A stretch of 48,041 bases of DNA, from the IMG/VR virus record IMGVR_UViG_2721755720_000004; one strand, written 5' to 3'. Below are positions 37,096 to 46,684 of the stretch, piece after piece. The stretch is from a virus. Lineage: Duplodnaviria > Heunggongvirae > Uroviricota > Caudoviricetes. The translations under genes were made by a program, and so were the position numbers. A model generated the notes under the pieces. It was not told the origin of the DNA. It searched no databases and saw nothing but the letters and a program-made list of their open reading frames with translations. Each line of letters starts with the position of its first letter. Positions within the stretch are counted from its first letter, which is position 1.

Positions 37096-37443
37096 TTATC
37101 TCCCTGACTCCTGGCTGTTAAACCATGTTTCAAATTCCGGCACTACCGGCACTGGCGGTGTGGCGTATAGCTTACGGGTCTGAACAGCTGCCCCCTGGAG
37201 TTTCTCTTCCTCAACAAATCCTTCGTAAGCGCATTCTCCGCAATCTTCCCATTCCCCCCATTCATCATATTCCGCATCCCACAGGCGATACTGATATGCC
37301 ACCGGTTCTGCTTCCAGCGATGCCAGTGCAATTTTGAATAGCTCGCCCTCTACCCTAGCCATCTCTGAATTGGGGTGACATTTCGCAACCGCTATTTTTA
37401 ATTTGGCTTCTTTGATTAATTGCTCTCTGGTTAATTCAGCCAT
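37096..37443 (-). CDS. hypothetical protein (nin-region)
   Basis: 115-aa ORF, acidic Trp-rich centre; no motif recognised. Confidence 0.5.
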   Translation of the reverse strand: MAELTREQLIKEAKLKIAVAKCHPNSEMARVEGELFKIALASLEAEPVAYQYRLWDAEYDEWGEWEDCGECAYEGFVEEEKLQGAAVQTRKLYATPPVPVVPEFETWFNSQESGR

Positions 37444-37535
37444 TTTTCATTACCGCCATTTCTGGTGGCCTCCTGATGTTCTGAGGGTGCAGAAATCCCT
37501 CCGGTTAAGGATTTTATTTCCGATAATAATGTTAA

Positions 37536-37892
37536 TTATTCGGGGCTAAATTTTGTCGCCCTGCGTATCCGCGCTTTCGCGTTACGCTCAATCTGAATTA
37601 GCTTTTCTATATTTTTTCGCCTTTCCTGTTCCTCCTGGCGCAATAGCCTTACATCATCTGCCAGTCTGGTTTCTCTTTTCGCCACTGAGAGCATCCAGTC
37701 AAATGGCTCCACAACCGCACCGCAAATTTTGCATCGGACCTGGCGCTCTTTTTCGTCAACCCGGACAGAGGCGTGATGGCAGTATGGTCTTTCCGATGGC
37801 TCATAAAGAAAATTAACCTGATTACGTGGGTCATCCTCTTTTACCGGAAATAAAACAATATTGCTTAACTCATCTTCTGGTTTTATTTCCAT
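37536..37892 (-). CDS. hypothetical protein with Cys/His cluster
   Basis: Start set at MEIKPEDE, preceded by AAAGGAGAGGAG; CHH...CKIC motif. Confidence 0.45.
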   Translation of the reverse strand: MEIKPEDELSNIVLFPVKEDDPRNQVNFLYEPSERPYCHHASVRVDEKERQVRCKICGAVVEPFDWMLSVAKRETRLADDVRLLRQEEQERRKNIEKLIQIERNAKARIRRATKFSPE

Positions 37893-37949
37893 GCTCCTCT
37901 CCTTTGATGCGAATGCCAGCGACAATTGAAGCCTGATAGCTAATTTCAC

Positions 37950-38387
37950 TCACAGTACCGCCTCCTGAAAATTACCCTGATAGAAAGCCAGTACACGCTG
38001 CATAACTTCACTCTTCCGGCACTCACAGCAAATTATGTTTTGGTGCCTGTCATAACGACGTATTTCTCCGTCAGGTAATGACCAGATAAGGTCCGGATCA
38101 ACTGCAACCGATTTCTTCATCTTTGCCCTCGATAGTTTTTTGCGGGCGTTTTGCCAGTCCTTACGAGCCTGTTCAGAGGGAAATAACCCGTAGCCAGAGT
38201 TGTATACATCACCACTGGCAACCAGCTCTCTTGCGAGAACGCTCATCAGATATCTTGTCGCACCTGTCTTGGCTTCCAGTTGCCGTAACGTCTCGCGCCC
38301 ACTCTGGCGTACTAGCTCAACAACCTGCCCTTTAATTTTTTCCCGCTCTTCCTGTGTAAATACTTTTGCCATAAGCGCCTCCGGCAA
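37950..38387 (-). CDS. hypothetical protein
   Basis: 145-aa ORF tightly packed with neighbours; no motif recognised. Confidence 0.5.
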   Translation of the reverse strand: MPEALMAKVFTQEEREKIKGQVVELVRQSGRETLRQLEAKTGATRYLMSVLARELVASGDVYNSGYGLFPSEQARKDWQNARKKLSRAKMKKSVAVDPDLIWSLPDGEIRRYDRHQNIICCECRKSEVMQRVLAFYQGNFQEAVL

Positions 38388-39176
38388 TCACTTTTCCGAC
38401 ACAATACGACTGGAGGAATCGACAATCTGTCGAACAATATCCCGGTGCTTGTTCAGCTCCCGCAACGCGGCGCAGACACGCTCCCACTTCTGGACATGAC
38501 TTTTCGCCCGACGCAGTTCGCGGTTTGCCATATGCAGCGATGGTAAAACCAGGTCATCCGTTTGCGTTTCGGTGAACGATGGCAACGACTGCACAATGTC
38601 CGCCACAGTTTCTGTTTTAATTTCTTCCTGTGTTGCAGCTTCCCGGACTGGTAACGCAACACCTGCTGACTGAGGAAATGCCTTACCATCATTTTCCGTT
38701 ACCGGCGCGGCTTTCGGCTCTACTGGTAAATTATCGCCCGGCATGCAGTAACGAAATTTACCGTTCTGATTAACGCGTGCCAACCGCCCCGTTGCGGTTA
38801 CTACCGCCAGCGTGGAAGCAACCTTGCGAGTGCTAACACCGAACTTACCCGCCAGTTCCTCACACGTTTTAGCCCCCTCCTGACCGATAAACTCAATCAT
38901 CATGTCTGCGGTAACTTTTTGTTCGACCTCCCCGGTCAGCACATCCGGTGCTTCAGATTTTGCTGGCTGCTCTTCGGTTACCCGGGATTCACCTTCGCCA
39001 GCCAGAAACCAGGTGTGACCAGTTTTATCAACGACGCCATTTCTTTTGAGTTCCCACAGCTCGTTGAGAACCTCTTCACGACTGATATCAAGTCGCGCAG
39101 CCAGTTCTACCGATGTGGCTTTTCCCATTGCTTTCAGTGCGTCAAAAACGGTTTCCATTAAAATTTCCTCCGACAA
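38388..39176 (-). CDS. hypothetical protein with two winged-helix-like segments
   Basis: 262 aa; repeated ...ELA.KLG/KFGVS... helix-turn-helix-like segments; lies downstream of the DnaC-like gene. Confidence 0.5.
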   Translation of the reverse strand: MSEEILMETVFDALKAMGKATSVELAARLDISREEVLNELWELKRNGVVDKTGHTWFLAGEGESRVTEEQPAKSEAPDVLTGEVEQKVTADMMIEFIGQEGAKTCEELAGKFGVSTRKVASTLAVVTATGRLARVNQNGKFRYCMPGDNLPVEPKAAPVTENDGKAFPQSAGVALPVREAATQEEIKTETVADIVQSLPSFTETQTDDLVLPSLHMANRELRRAKSHVQKWERVCAALRELNKHRDIVRQIVDSSSRIVSEK

Positions 39177-39186
39177 AAATTACATC

Positions 39187-39924
39187 TCAGTTCCTGTGCT
39201 GGCTGACGTTCGGACGCCAGCTCTCCCAGTCAAAAGTCACCCAGCGACCACCGTTCATGGACATGCGGTCCATTGCCCTTTCGCCTACAAGCGTATTCAT
39301 TGCGACATGATTCAGGTTCGTCAGCATCCCTACACTGCGTAATGATGACGTTCTGCGGTCAACAATCTGATTAAGCGTGACTTGCTCATTGCGCGTATCC
39401 CGCTGCATGCCAATTTCATCCAGGACCAGCAAATCCACCTCGCAAAGCTCCTGTAAAAATTTTTCACCTGATTTGCCGTTGTCGTAACTGTCGTGCGACA
39501 CACTCATGACATCAGACACAGTGATGATAATTACGCTGCGCCCCTTCTCCATCAGCCGATTGCCTATCGCCGCCGGGTGGTTTTTCCCTGTGCCAGGTCG
39601 GCCACTGAAAACAAAATTCGTACAGCCGCCTTCCAGCTCTGCCGCAATGGATTTCGCCTGACTCAGGGCATGGCGCTGACCATCGTTCTGCACCCGGTAG
39701 TTACCGAACGTACACTTCCAGTGAAGCGGCTGGATACCGGAGCGGTTAATGATTTTTTCAACCCGCGTCTGATGATTCAGGCGATTAACCTCCTCGCTGC
39801 GCTTACGCCCTTCAGCAAGCTGCCATTCCCGCCACTCCTCCACCGTACGGTACGGTGGAACCTCCCCCTGTGGTGCAATTCTGCGAATACGTTCAAGAAC
39901 CCCAACTGCCGCAATGTTTTTCAT
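39187..39924 (-). CDS. DnaC-like replication helicase loader (IstB-type AAA+ ATPase)
   Basis: 245 aa; Walker A GRPGTGKNH, Walker B LLVLDEIG; overall resembles E. coli DnaC. Confidence 0.85.
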   Translation of the reverse strand: MKNIAAVGVLERIRRIAPQGEVPPYRTVEEWREWQLAEGRKRSEEVNRLNHQTRVEKIINRSGIQPLHWKCTFGNYRVQNDGQRHALSQAKSIAAELEGGCTNFVFSGRPGTGKNHPAAIGNRLMEKGRSVIIITVSDVMSVSHDSYDNGKSGEKFLQELCEVDLLVLDEIGMQRDTRNEQVTLNQIVDRRTSSLRSVGMLTNLNHVAMNTLVGERAMDRMSMNGGRWVTFDWESWRPNVSQHRN

Positions 39925-39930
39925 GACACG

Positions 39931-40893
39931 TCACCCCCTGAATCCCGGCGGTATTTCAGTGTCCGGTTCAGAAATGTGATTCACGCAACGCTGCGCGGGC
40001 GAACGCCCCAGGCGGATAACCAGTTCATCCCATTTTTCCCGGAGTTTTGCCGGACTCATGATGTTTTTTACCCAGAACGAATCCCGCTGGACACGCCCAA
40101 ACATTTCACAAATTTGTCTGTGAGTTCTGCCATCCAGCATCCGCATTGTGCGCACATCATTGGCCCATGCTGTCCAGTTGGGTTCTTTCGGTCTCGTGAT
40201 CTCGCCATCATCGCTGGCCGCCTGCTCGTAAAGACTCACGATTCGTCCCCAGATCCACTGTGCGCACGCCAAATCTTCCTGACTTCCCCACTGGCGTTTT
40301 TTCGCACTGAACACAACCGCGTCAGGGTGTCGGGTTAAAAAATCCTGTTCAGCCGTCTGCGGGTCCGGTTGCGAAACGTCCGGACAAGAAGATCTTTTAT
40401 CTGACGGATCAGGTTTTAATACTGACGGATCGGGGTCAATCATCGCCCCCCTAATCGGCAGTTTTTTATCAACAGTTGATCCATCAAAATTTGACGGGTC
40501 AACAGTTGAGGGGTCAATATTTGACGGGTCAACTGTTAACGGGTCATTTTTTGCCGGGCTAATTTTTCTTTTCGGTTTATATGCCTCACGGGCCGCAGCT
40601 GCAGCTGCTTCGAGTTTTTCCACATTAAGCCGATAGATATTGCTTACGTTACGCCCACCGACCTTACGCTCTTCCTTCGTCAGCCAGCCCTCTTTCGCCA
40701 GTTCTGCAATAGCAGATTTCACGGTAGATTCACTTCTTGCACCGATCTGACGCCGGATAGTTTCAATGGCAGGCCATGACACGCCCTCGTCATTGCTGTA
40801 GTCTGCAAGACGGGCCATAACTGCCACCCTGGATAAGATCATGCCGGTGAAGGCGCACCCTTCCCAGACAAGACCATGAAGCTTGCTGCTCAT
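39931..40893 (-). CDS. replication initiator (lambda O-like N-terminal DNA-binding domain), origin iterons embedded
   Basis: N-terminal winged-helix region; the central coding region holds the iteron repeats; start set at MSSKLHGL after a GGGGG ribosome-binding site. Confidence 0.65.
   Translation of the reverse strand: MSSKLHGLVWEGCAFTGMILSRVAVMARLADYSNDEGVSWPAIETIRRQIGARSESTVKSAIAELAKEGWLTKEERKVGGRNVSNIYRLNVEKLEAAAAAAREAYKPKRKISPAKNDPLTVDPSNIDPSTVDPSNFDGSTVDKKLPIRGAMIDPDPSVLKPDPSDKRSSCPDVSQPDPQTAEQDFLTRHPDAVVFSAKKRQWGSQEDLACAQWIWGRIVSLYEQAASDDGEITRPKEPNWTAWANDVRTMRMLDGRTHRQICEMFGRVQRDSFWVKNIMSPAKLREKWDELVIRLGRSPAQRCVNHISEPDTEIPPGFRG
40465..40550. repeat. origin iterons (about four direct repeats of TTGACGGGTCAAC-like units) with adjacent A/T tract
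   Basis: atcaacagttgatccatcaaaatttgacgggtcaacagttgaggggtcaatatttgacgggtcaactgttaacgggtca, followed by ttttttgccggg; lies inside the O-like gene. Confidence 0.6.
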
Positions 40894-40915
40894 AAAACCC
40901 CCGAACACCGTGCTT

Positions 40916-41341
40916 TTAGTGCATCACCACAGCATTCCCTGCCGGGCCGCCGCGATTCATCTGGTCATACAAAACAACCGCTGACGCAACAAAATCATCG
41001 ACATCCTTCACCAGTCGATCCCTCCGTTCGACGATCTCACGGTAATATTCAGAGCTGTGACTGCGCATACGGGCCACCAGCAAAGGCGGCATCGCCTTTT
41101 CGATCGCCGGTAACAACGCCTGAATTTTTTCAACAGCATCAGGGGTGTCCTTCTCTACCCAGCGGAAAATTTTCTGGGTATTGCGAGCCAGGGCTTCCGG
41201 ATGGCTGTCGTCATACAGTTCAGGAAACGTCATACCCAACTCAAAATAAGCCTGGGTTATTGCAGCTACTGGAACTTTTTCGCCATCAGGACGCGCCCAG
41301 GCATTCATCGCCATACAGATGTGTTCATGCTTGATTTTCAT
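40916..41341 (-). CDS. hypothetical protein in the cII position (YdaT-like)
   Basis: 141-aa ORF directly downstream of the Cro-like gene and upstream of the replication genes; family call is positional. Confidence 0.45.
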   Translation of the reverse strand: MKIKHEHICMAMNAWARPDGEKVPVAAITQAYFELGMTFPELYDDSHPEALARNTQKIFRWVEKDTPDAVEKIQALLPAIEKAMPPLLVARMRSHSSEYYREIVERRDRLVKDVDDFVASAVVLYDQMNRGGPAGNAVVMH

Positions 41342-41606
41342 GAATCAAGCTCCTAGAAAGTGGTTGTGTTAACGTTTTGGTATCTTCCAGCTCGGGCCAA
41401 ATATTCATCCAATCAAAAGGCCTTAGTTGCTGACGTGTAACTTCACCATTACTGGCTCGCTCAATAAGGACACATAACGATGCCCCTAACACTTGACCTT
41501 TACTCAATGCCTTTCTTAGATAACCGATGCTGGTACCGCACTCGCATGCAAACATACGCTGTTCATCTGACGAAAGAGAATTGAGAAATATTCTTAATTC
41601 TTCCAT
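41325..41606 (-). CDS. Cro-like helix-turn-helix regulator (YdaS-like)
   Basis: 93 aa; helix-turn-helix (CGTSIGYLRKALSKGQV) then GEVTRQQLRPFDW...WPEL; divergent from the repressor gene across the operator region. Confidence 0.6.
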   Translation of the reverse strand: MEELRIFLNSLSSDEQRMFACECGTSIGYLRKALSKGQVLGASLCVLIERASNGEVTRQQLRPFDWMNIWPELEDTKTLTQPLSRSLIHENQA

Positions 41607-41609
41607 AGC

Positions 41610-41706
41610 TACTCCTTAGTAAACACAGCAAAGAATACCCGTAGGTAAACAAAAGTCAATACCCACAGGTTGTTTACCTTGCAGTAATCGCATCTATTAT
41701 TTACCT
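41610..41706. promoter_or_regulatory. rightward operator/promoter region between Cro-like and repressor genes
   Basis: Related half-palindromes TACCCGTAGGTA, TACCCACAGGTT, TACCTATGG, plus the inverted pair GGTAAACA...TGTTTACC. Confidence 0.5.
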
Positions 41707-42126
41707 ATGGACAAATATGAATTTAGACGACAGCAACTCATCAAAATTCGTGATGAGAAATGCGATGGTAAAGCGGTTAACGTGGCCAGAAAGATCGGGC
41801 GCGAGCCTTCTTATGTATCAAGAATGTTGTACCCAGAGGGGAAAAAGGGAAAAAAACGGATCGCTGATGATATGGTGGAGATTATCGAAGAGTCCTTTGG
41901 GTTACCCCGGGGATGGATGGATGGTATCGTTTCATCATCAACGAACACAGCCTCCAGTTATGAAACAAGGGTTCTAACGCCACGACAACGTATTTTTTTA
42001 GATCTCTTAGACGAACTGCCAGAAAGTGAAGCGGATAACTTATTAAAAACTCTTGAAGAGAAAAAACAGTATTACAATATGATCTACGAAGAAATCCGTA
42101 AAAAGAAAGCGCAAAACGCATCATAG
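41707..42126 (+). CDS. prophage repressor-like helix-turn-helix protein
   Basis: 139 aa; helix-turn-helix near the N-terminus (AVNVARKIGREPSYVSRM); divergently transcribed from the Cro-like gene. Confidence 0.6.
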   Translation: MDKYEFRRQQLIKIRDEKCDGKAVNVARKIGREPSYVSRMLYPEGKKGKKRIADDMVEIIEESFGLPRGWMDGIVSSSTNTASSYETRVLTPRQRIFLDLLDELPESEADNLLKTLEEKKQYYNMIYEEIRKKKAQNAS

Positions 42127-42167
42127 CTCACCAAACAACCAGTCACCAGTTAAGACACCGCAAAAAA

Positions 42168-42212
42168 AAGTTACCCATGGGTATTTACTTTTTAAATACC
42201 TATGGGTATCCT
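42168..42212. promoter_or_regulatory. leftward operator-like palindromes downstream of the repressor gene
   Basis: TACCCATGGGTA (perfect 12-bp palindrome) and TACCTATGGGTA, same consensus as the 41610-41706 sites; lie just upstream of the plus-strand early-left genes. Confidence 0.45.
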
Positions 42213-42394
42213 TCTTTTCATACCAACCCACCCCGCCCCACAGAACGCAGGGCAATACTTCGAGTTACCCGGCAGTGGTCAGGGGTTAAGTAGCCAGCCT
42301 GAGGCGTAAGAACATGACGGCAGGGTTCAACATTAATAACTATGCAGCAGGTTTTTGTTCCGCTCCCCCGGCGTTAAGGGGAAATGAGGTCAAC

Positions 42395-42547
42395 ATGGAT
42401 ACGCTCAATCTTGGTAACAACGAATCTCTGGTATGCGGTGTGTTCCCTAACCAGGACGGCACCTTCACCGCGATGACGTATACCAAAAGTAAAACGTTTA
42501 AAACCGCAGCTGGCGCGCATCGCTGGTTAGCAAGAAACTCTAACTAA
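42395..42547 (+). CDS. small protein, YdaF/DUF1391-like
   Basis: Start set at MDTLNLGNNESLVCGVFPNQDGTFTAMTYTKSKTFK..., preceded by GAGG; resembles a small Rac-prophage protein family. Confidence 0.45.
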   Translation: MDTLNLGNNESLVCGVFPNQDGTFTAMTYTKSKTFKTAAGAHRWLARNSN

Positions 42548-42660
42548 TGAAGTCTGGTAGTTAAGGAATCCTCCACGGGGAGAACTGGTGCACACGCGCC
42601 GGACACAAGCAAGCATCCGGCATGCTCTTTAACAATCTGGATATCCATAACAGTAACAAT

Positions 42661-42876
42661 CTACAGATTGCCGTTCAGTTTTCTGGCCAACTTCTCAATA
42701 GATGGAGGCGATACATAATCCGGATTTTTATTCATAATAAACTGATTTTCACAGTATAGGCACCTGCTTTTATGAAAAAACTCATATTCTCTAACCGGGA
42801 ATGGTTGAAGTATCGATACTATATTTTGTCCAAAACATTTTGGACAAAGATGCATGATTATGCTGCCGCCGTTCAC
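42661..42876 (-). CDS. small zinc-ribbon protein (hypothetical)
   Basis: Two CxxC pairs (CPKC...CLYC); AAGGAGGT upstream of a GTG start; AT-rich; competes with an overlapping plus-strand ORF. Confidence 0.35.
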   Translation of the reverse strand: MNGGSIIMHLCPKCFGQNIVSILQPFPVREYEFFHKSRCLYCENQFIMNKNPDYVSPPSIEKLARKLNGNL

Positions 42877-43699
42877 GGTTACCTCCTTCGAGTACACAAA
42901 AGTTCCCGACTCAAGTTGGTTAAGGATATAACCTTCCGTCTGAGCCTCAAAGTTTTCAAATTCTGCAATTTTAGCTTTGAGAGAAGCATTTATTTCTTAA
43001 TAAGTGCCCACCAGCTCAACGAGAGACACGCATTCGCGCTGAATAGATGCAAGCTTTGAGTTCAGTTCACCAATAGCCGCATTTACTTCAGCTTGAGTTT
43101 TTGCCTCGTTCATTAGTTTTGCAATCTGAGCGGTTTCACGAATAGCCGTCATTGCTGCCGTTAATTCAGCGATCACATTCAATACTCTTATTGTTGTTGT
43201 GGATATCCAGATTAACAAGATCCTTGTTGTTGGGGAATAACAGGTCCACCTCGCCTGACGTGGTTAAAAGCAGGCACACAACACGAAAGCGCTCGGCGAA
43301 GTTCGTCTCTCTGTACTTTGTCGTTAAATTTAATTCGACCGTGCGCTTCCGGTTGTGGCAATCCGCGAAATGGCGCGGCGGTAAGTATGGCGGGGTTATT
43401 CCTTCCCCCATTGAGGACACCGGGTTGTCAGGTTGACCATACGCTTAAGTGACACCCCAGCCACAACAACCTCTGTTATCACTTTTCTGGTGATTCGGCG
43501 GAAATGGATATCCGCCCTTTTTAAAGTGAATTTTGTGATGCGGTGAATGCGGCTATGCGCACGCGGAACAGTTAAAACAAGCGGTCTTTTACTTCCGTAA
43601 CAGACATCAACTAACAATCCGGCGTTAATTGTTAACTGGTTAACGTCATCTGGAGGCACCAGGCACCGCATCACAAAATTCATTGTTGAGGACGCGATA

Positions 43700-43888
43700 A
43701 TGGAAACGTTATTACCAAACGTTAATACGTCTGAAGGTTGTTTTGAAATTGGTGTCAGTATCAGTAACCCTGCATTTACTGAAGATGCCATTAATAAGAG
43801 AAAACACGAACGGGAGTTATTAAATCAAATATGCATTGTTTCAATGCTGGCCCGTTTACGTCTGATGCAAAAAGGATACTGGCAATGA
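43700..43888 (+). CDS. hypothetical small protein (early-left operon)
   Basis: 62 aa, GAGG ribosome-binding site 8 nt upstream; stop overlaps the start of the next ORF. Confidence 0.35.
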   Translation: METLLPNVNTSEGCFEIGVSISNPAFTEDAINKRKHERELLNQICIVSMLARLRLMQKGYWQ

Positions 43889-44076
43889 ATACAGCATTCG
43901 CACTCGTTCTGACAGTTTTTCTTAATACCGGCGAACCACTTGATCTTATTGTTGATATACGTGACTCAATGGAAGAATGCATGGCTGCCGCAGATGAACA
44001 GAAAATTCCCGGTAACTGTTATCCGGTAGATAAAGTTATTCGCATGGATAATAACGAAGTCCCGGCAGGGCTTTAA
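43885..44076 (+). CDS. hypothetical small protein with hydrophobic N-terminus
   Basis: Start set at MNTAFALVLTVFLNTG (signal-like), preceded by AAAGGA. Confidence 0.35.
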   Translation: MNTAFALVLTVFLNTGEPLDLIVDIRDSMEECMAAADEQKIPGNCYPVDKVIRMDNNEVPAGL

Positions 44077-44166
44077 ACCAGCACCGTAATAAATATCCGG
44101 TTTCATTTTTATATGCCAGCAATGGCAGGGACTTGTTCACCCTAAAAATGGTTATGAGGTTTATCA

Positions 44167-46623
44167 ATGAGCGCTGATAAAGAAGAAATTGCACTATATT
44201 ACGAAGCCAAAAATGACAAAGTCAGAAAACGTCTTGGGATTAAAGGCGGTTTTTACTGGCGCACAGCAAAAAAATTATCGGTTGCAATATCACGCGGTGT
44301 TGTCGCAATGGACGATGCTGGATTTGACGAAGAGGATTTTAAAAAACCTGTTCGCGTCCATTTACCCGTTGTGAATGACCTTCCTCCGGAAGGCGTGTTT
44401 GATACCGAATTCTGCAACCGATACGAAAAAGGCGGGGAAGATGGTATCACAATGGTACTTATCGCGCCCTCACCTATCGCGCCCTCATCCTCTGTTCAGG
44501 ACAAACCAGCCAGCACTGACAATACCAACGTCAACAGCGAAGACATGACTGAGATTGAGGAGAATATGCTCCTGCCGGTTTCAGGTCAGATTCTGCCTGT
44601 TCAATGGCTGGCACAGCACGGCAGCGAAAAACCGATCACACACGTTTCGCGGGGCGAACTGCGTGCATTACATAACGCACAGGATGAAAAACTTCCCGCC
44701 GTTACCGCGCTGGCCATCTCAAATAAAGCTGCGCAACTCGAACCGCTGGAAATTCGCGATCTCCACAAACTGGTTCGTGACACTGACAAGGTTTTCCCTA
44801 ATCCTGGTAATTCAGACCTGGGGCTGATGACTGCTTTTTTCGAAGCATACCTGGGCGCTGACTACACCGATCGCGGTCTGCTGACAAAAGAGTGGATGAA
44901 AGGAAATCGTGTTTCACGCATCACCCGCACGACTTCCGGTGCTAATGCCGGTGGAGGGAACAAAACCGATCGCAATCCGAATTTAGTACACACCCTCGAC
45001 ACACTGGATGTGGAGATTGCAGCAGCCACACTTCCGATGGATTTTAATATTTATGAAATTCCGGGCAGCATTTATCGTCGCGCAAAAGAAGTCGTCCTGA
45101 AAAAAGAAAGTCCGTTCAAAGAATGGTCCGCAGAACTTCGTGCAACCCCGGGTATTCTGGACTATTCCCGCGCCGCTATTTTTGCACTTATCCGAAGCGC
45201 ACACCCTGAATTTTATCACTACCCGGGACGCCTTCAGGGGTATATCAACGCCTATTTGACGGAAACTGATCACGAGAACCCCAGCAAGGAAACTCTCACA
45301 GCTGCCCGGCATACGCCGGAAAAAGATATCCTGGAAGAAATTAACCGCGAGGTGGTTACTGAGCGTGAAACAGAAAAAGAAAAACCACAACCATCTGACG
45401 CAATGGCAGGTGAACAGGCAACAACTGAAAGAATGGAACCGGATACAACTGAACATTGCCAGGACGCGCAGTCGCTGGATGCTCAGTCGCAGGTGAGTTC
45501 CGCTAACCAATTAAAAGTCACCGCTGACGAAGTAAACAAAACTATGCAGGCAGCCAGTATCAGCCAGCCTGATGCCGATAAGTTGCTTGCTGTATCGCGT
45601 GGTGAATTTGTTGAAGGGATTAGCGATCCGAATGATCCTAAATGGGTGAAGGGGATTGAAACCCGCGATTCTGTGAACCAGAACCAGCAAGAAACGGAAC
45701 AGAACGACCAGAAAGCGGAACAAAACAGCCCAAATACGCAACAAAACGAGCCAGAAACGAAACAACCTGAACCAGTAGTGCAACAAGAACCGGAAAAGAT
45801 CTGCACCGCCTGCGGTCAGAGCGGTGGCGGCAACTGCCCTGATTGTGGTGCGGTGATGGGCGACGCAACATACCAGGAAACATTCGATGACAAGAACCAG
45901 GTTGAAGTTCAGGAAGACGATTCGGAGAAAATGGAAGGCGCTGAACATCCACGCAAGGAGAATGCTGGCAGCGCTCAGGACCACGCCAGCGATAGTGAAA
46001 CTGACGAGACGGCAGATCCCTTAATTACGGTGAACGGTCATCACGTTATCACATCCACCAGCAGGACGTGTGACCATCTAATGATCGACCTTGAAACCAT
46101 GGGAAAAAATCCTGATGCCCCGATTATCTCAATAGGTGCAATATTTTTCGATCCGCAAACCGGAGATATGGGACCGGAATTTAGTAAGACTGTCGATCTG
46201 GAAACTGCTGGCGGAGTCATTGATCGGGACACCATTAAATGGTGGCTTAAGCAATCACGCGAAGCGCAATCTGCCATTATGACCGATGAAATCCCGTTAG
46301 ATGATGCACTGTTACAATTGCGGGAATTTATCGACGAAAACTCCGGTGAATTTTTTGTTCAGGTCTGGGGTAACGGTGCAACTTTCGACAACGTGATTTT
46401 ACGCCGTTCATATGAACGGCAGGGGATCCCCTGCCCGTGGCGTTATACCAATGATCGCGATGTAAGAACGATGGTTGCTCTGGGACTGGTGATGGATTTC
46501 GACGCAAGAACGACTATTCCATTCGAAGGTGAACGCCATAACGCCCTGCACGATGCGCGTTACCAGGCAAAATACGTTTCAGCCATCTGGCAAAAACTGA
46601 TCCCGAGTCAGGCTGATTTTTAA
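44167..46623 (+). CDS. large recombination exonuclease, RecE-like N-terminal region fused to a C-terminal DEDDh (DnaQ-like) 3'-5' exonuclease domain
   Basis: 818 aa; C-terminal Exo I IDLETMG, Exo II GNGATFD, Exo III HNALHDARY; central acidic linker and CxxC...CxxC zinc ribbon; N-terminal two-thirds resemble prophage exodeoxyribonuclease VIII-type proteins (from memory). Confidence 0.75.
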   Translation: MSADKEEIALYYEAKNDKVRKRLGIKGGFYWRTAKKLSVAISRGVVAMDDAGFDEEDFKKPVRVHLPVVNDLPPEGVFDTEFCNRYEKGGEDGITMVLIAPSPIAPSSSVQDKPASTDNTNVNSEDMTEIEENMLLPVSGQILPVQWLAQHGSEKPITHVSRGELRALHNAQDEKLPAVTALAISNKAAQLEPLEIRDLHKLVRDTDKVFPNPGNSDLGLMTAFFEAYLGADYTDRGLLTKEWMKGNRVSRITRTTSGANAGGGNKTDRNPNLVHTLDTLDVEIAAATLPMDFNIYEIPGSIYRRAKEVVLKKESPFKEWSAELRATPGILDYSRAAIFALIRSAHPEFYHYPGRLQGYINAYLTETDHENPSKETLTAARHTPEKDILEEINREVVTERETEKEKPQPSDAMAGEQATTERMEPDTTEHCQDAQSLDAQSQVSSANQLKVTADEVNKTMQAASISQPDADKLLAVSRGEFVEGISDPNDPKWVKGIETRDSVNQNQQETEQNDQKAEQNSPNTQQNEPETKQPEPVVQQEPEKICTACGQSGGGNCPDCGAVMGDATYQETFDDKNQVEVQEDDSEKMEGAEHPRKENAGSAQDHASDSETDETADPLITVNGHHVITSTSRTCDHLMIDLETMGKNPDAPIISIGAIFFDPQTGDMGPEFSKTVDLETAGGVIDRDTIKWWLKQSREAQSAIMTDEIPLDDALLQLREFIDENSGEFFVQVWGNGATFDNVILRRSYERQGIPCPWRYTNDRDVRTMVALGLVMDFDARTTIPFEGERHNALHDARYQAKYVSAIWQKLIPSQADF

Positions 46624-46684
46624 TGTTCAACCGTCGCCAGTTGTAGTTGCTATTCTGCAACTGGCGCATTCCGGAGTGATGGCC

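Noticed and set aside
42772-43218. 95-aa plus-strand ORF and 73-aa minus-strand ORF (non-ATG start) overlapping the zinc-ribbon ORF region
   Set aside because: Mutually overlapping alternatives in an AT-rich region; only the minus-strand zinc-ribbon ORF (42661-42876) has both a strong Shine-Dalgarno and a recognisable CxxC...CxxC motif. The others are unsupported.
43396-43791. 131-aa minus-strand ORF
   Set aside because: It overlaps the start region of the plus-strand early-left operon genes (which have good ribosome-binding sites), has a poor start context and no motif; left unannotated, though an antisense gene cannot be excluded.
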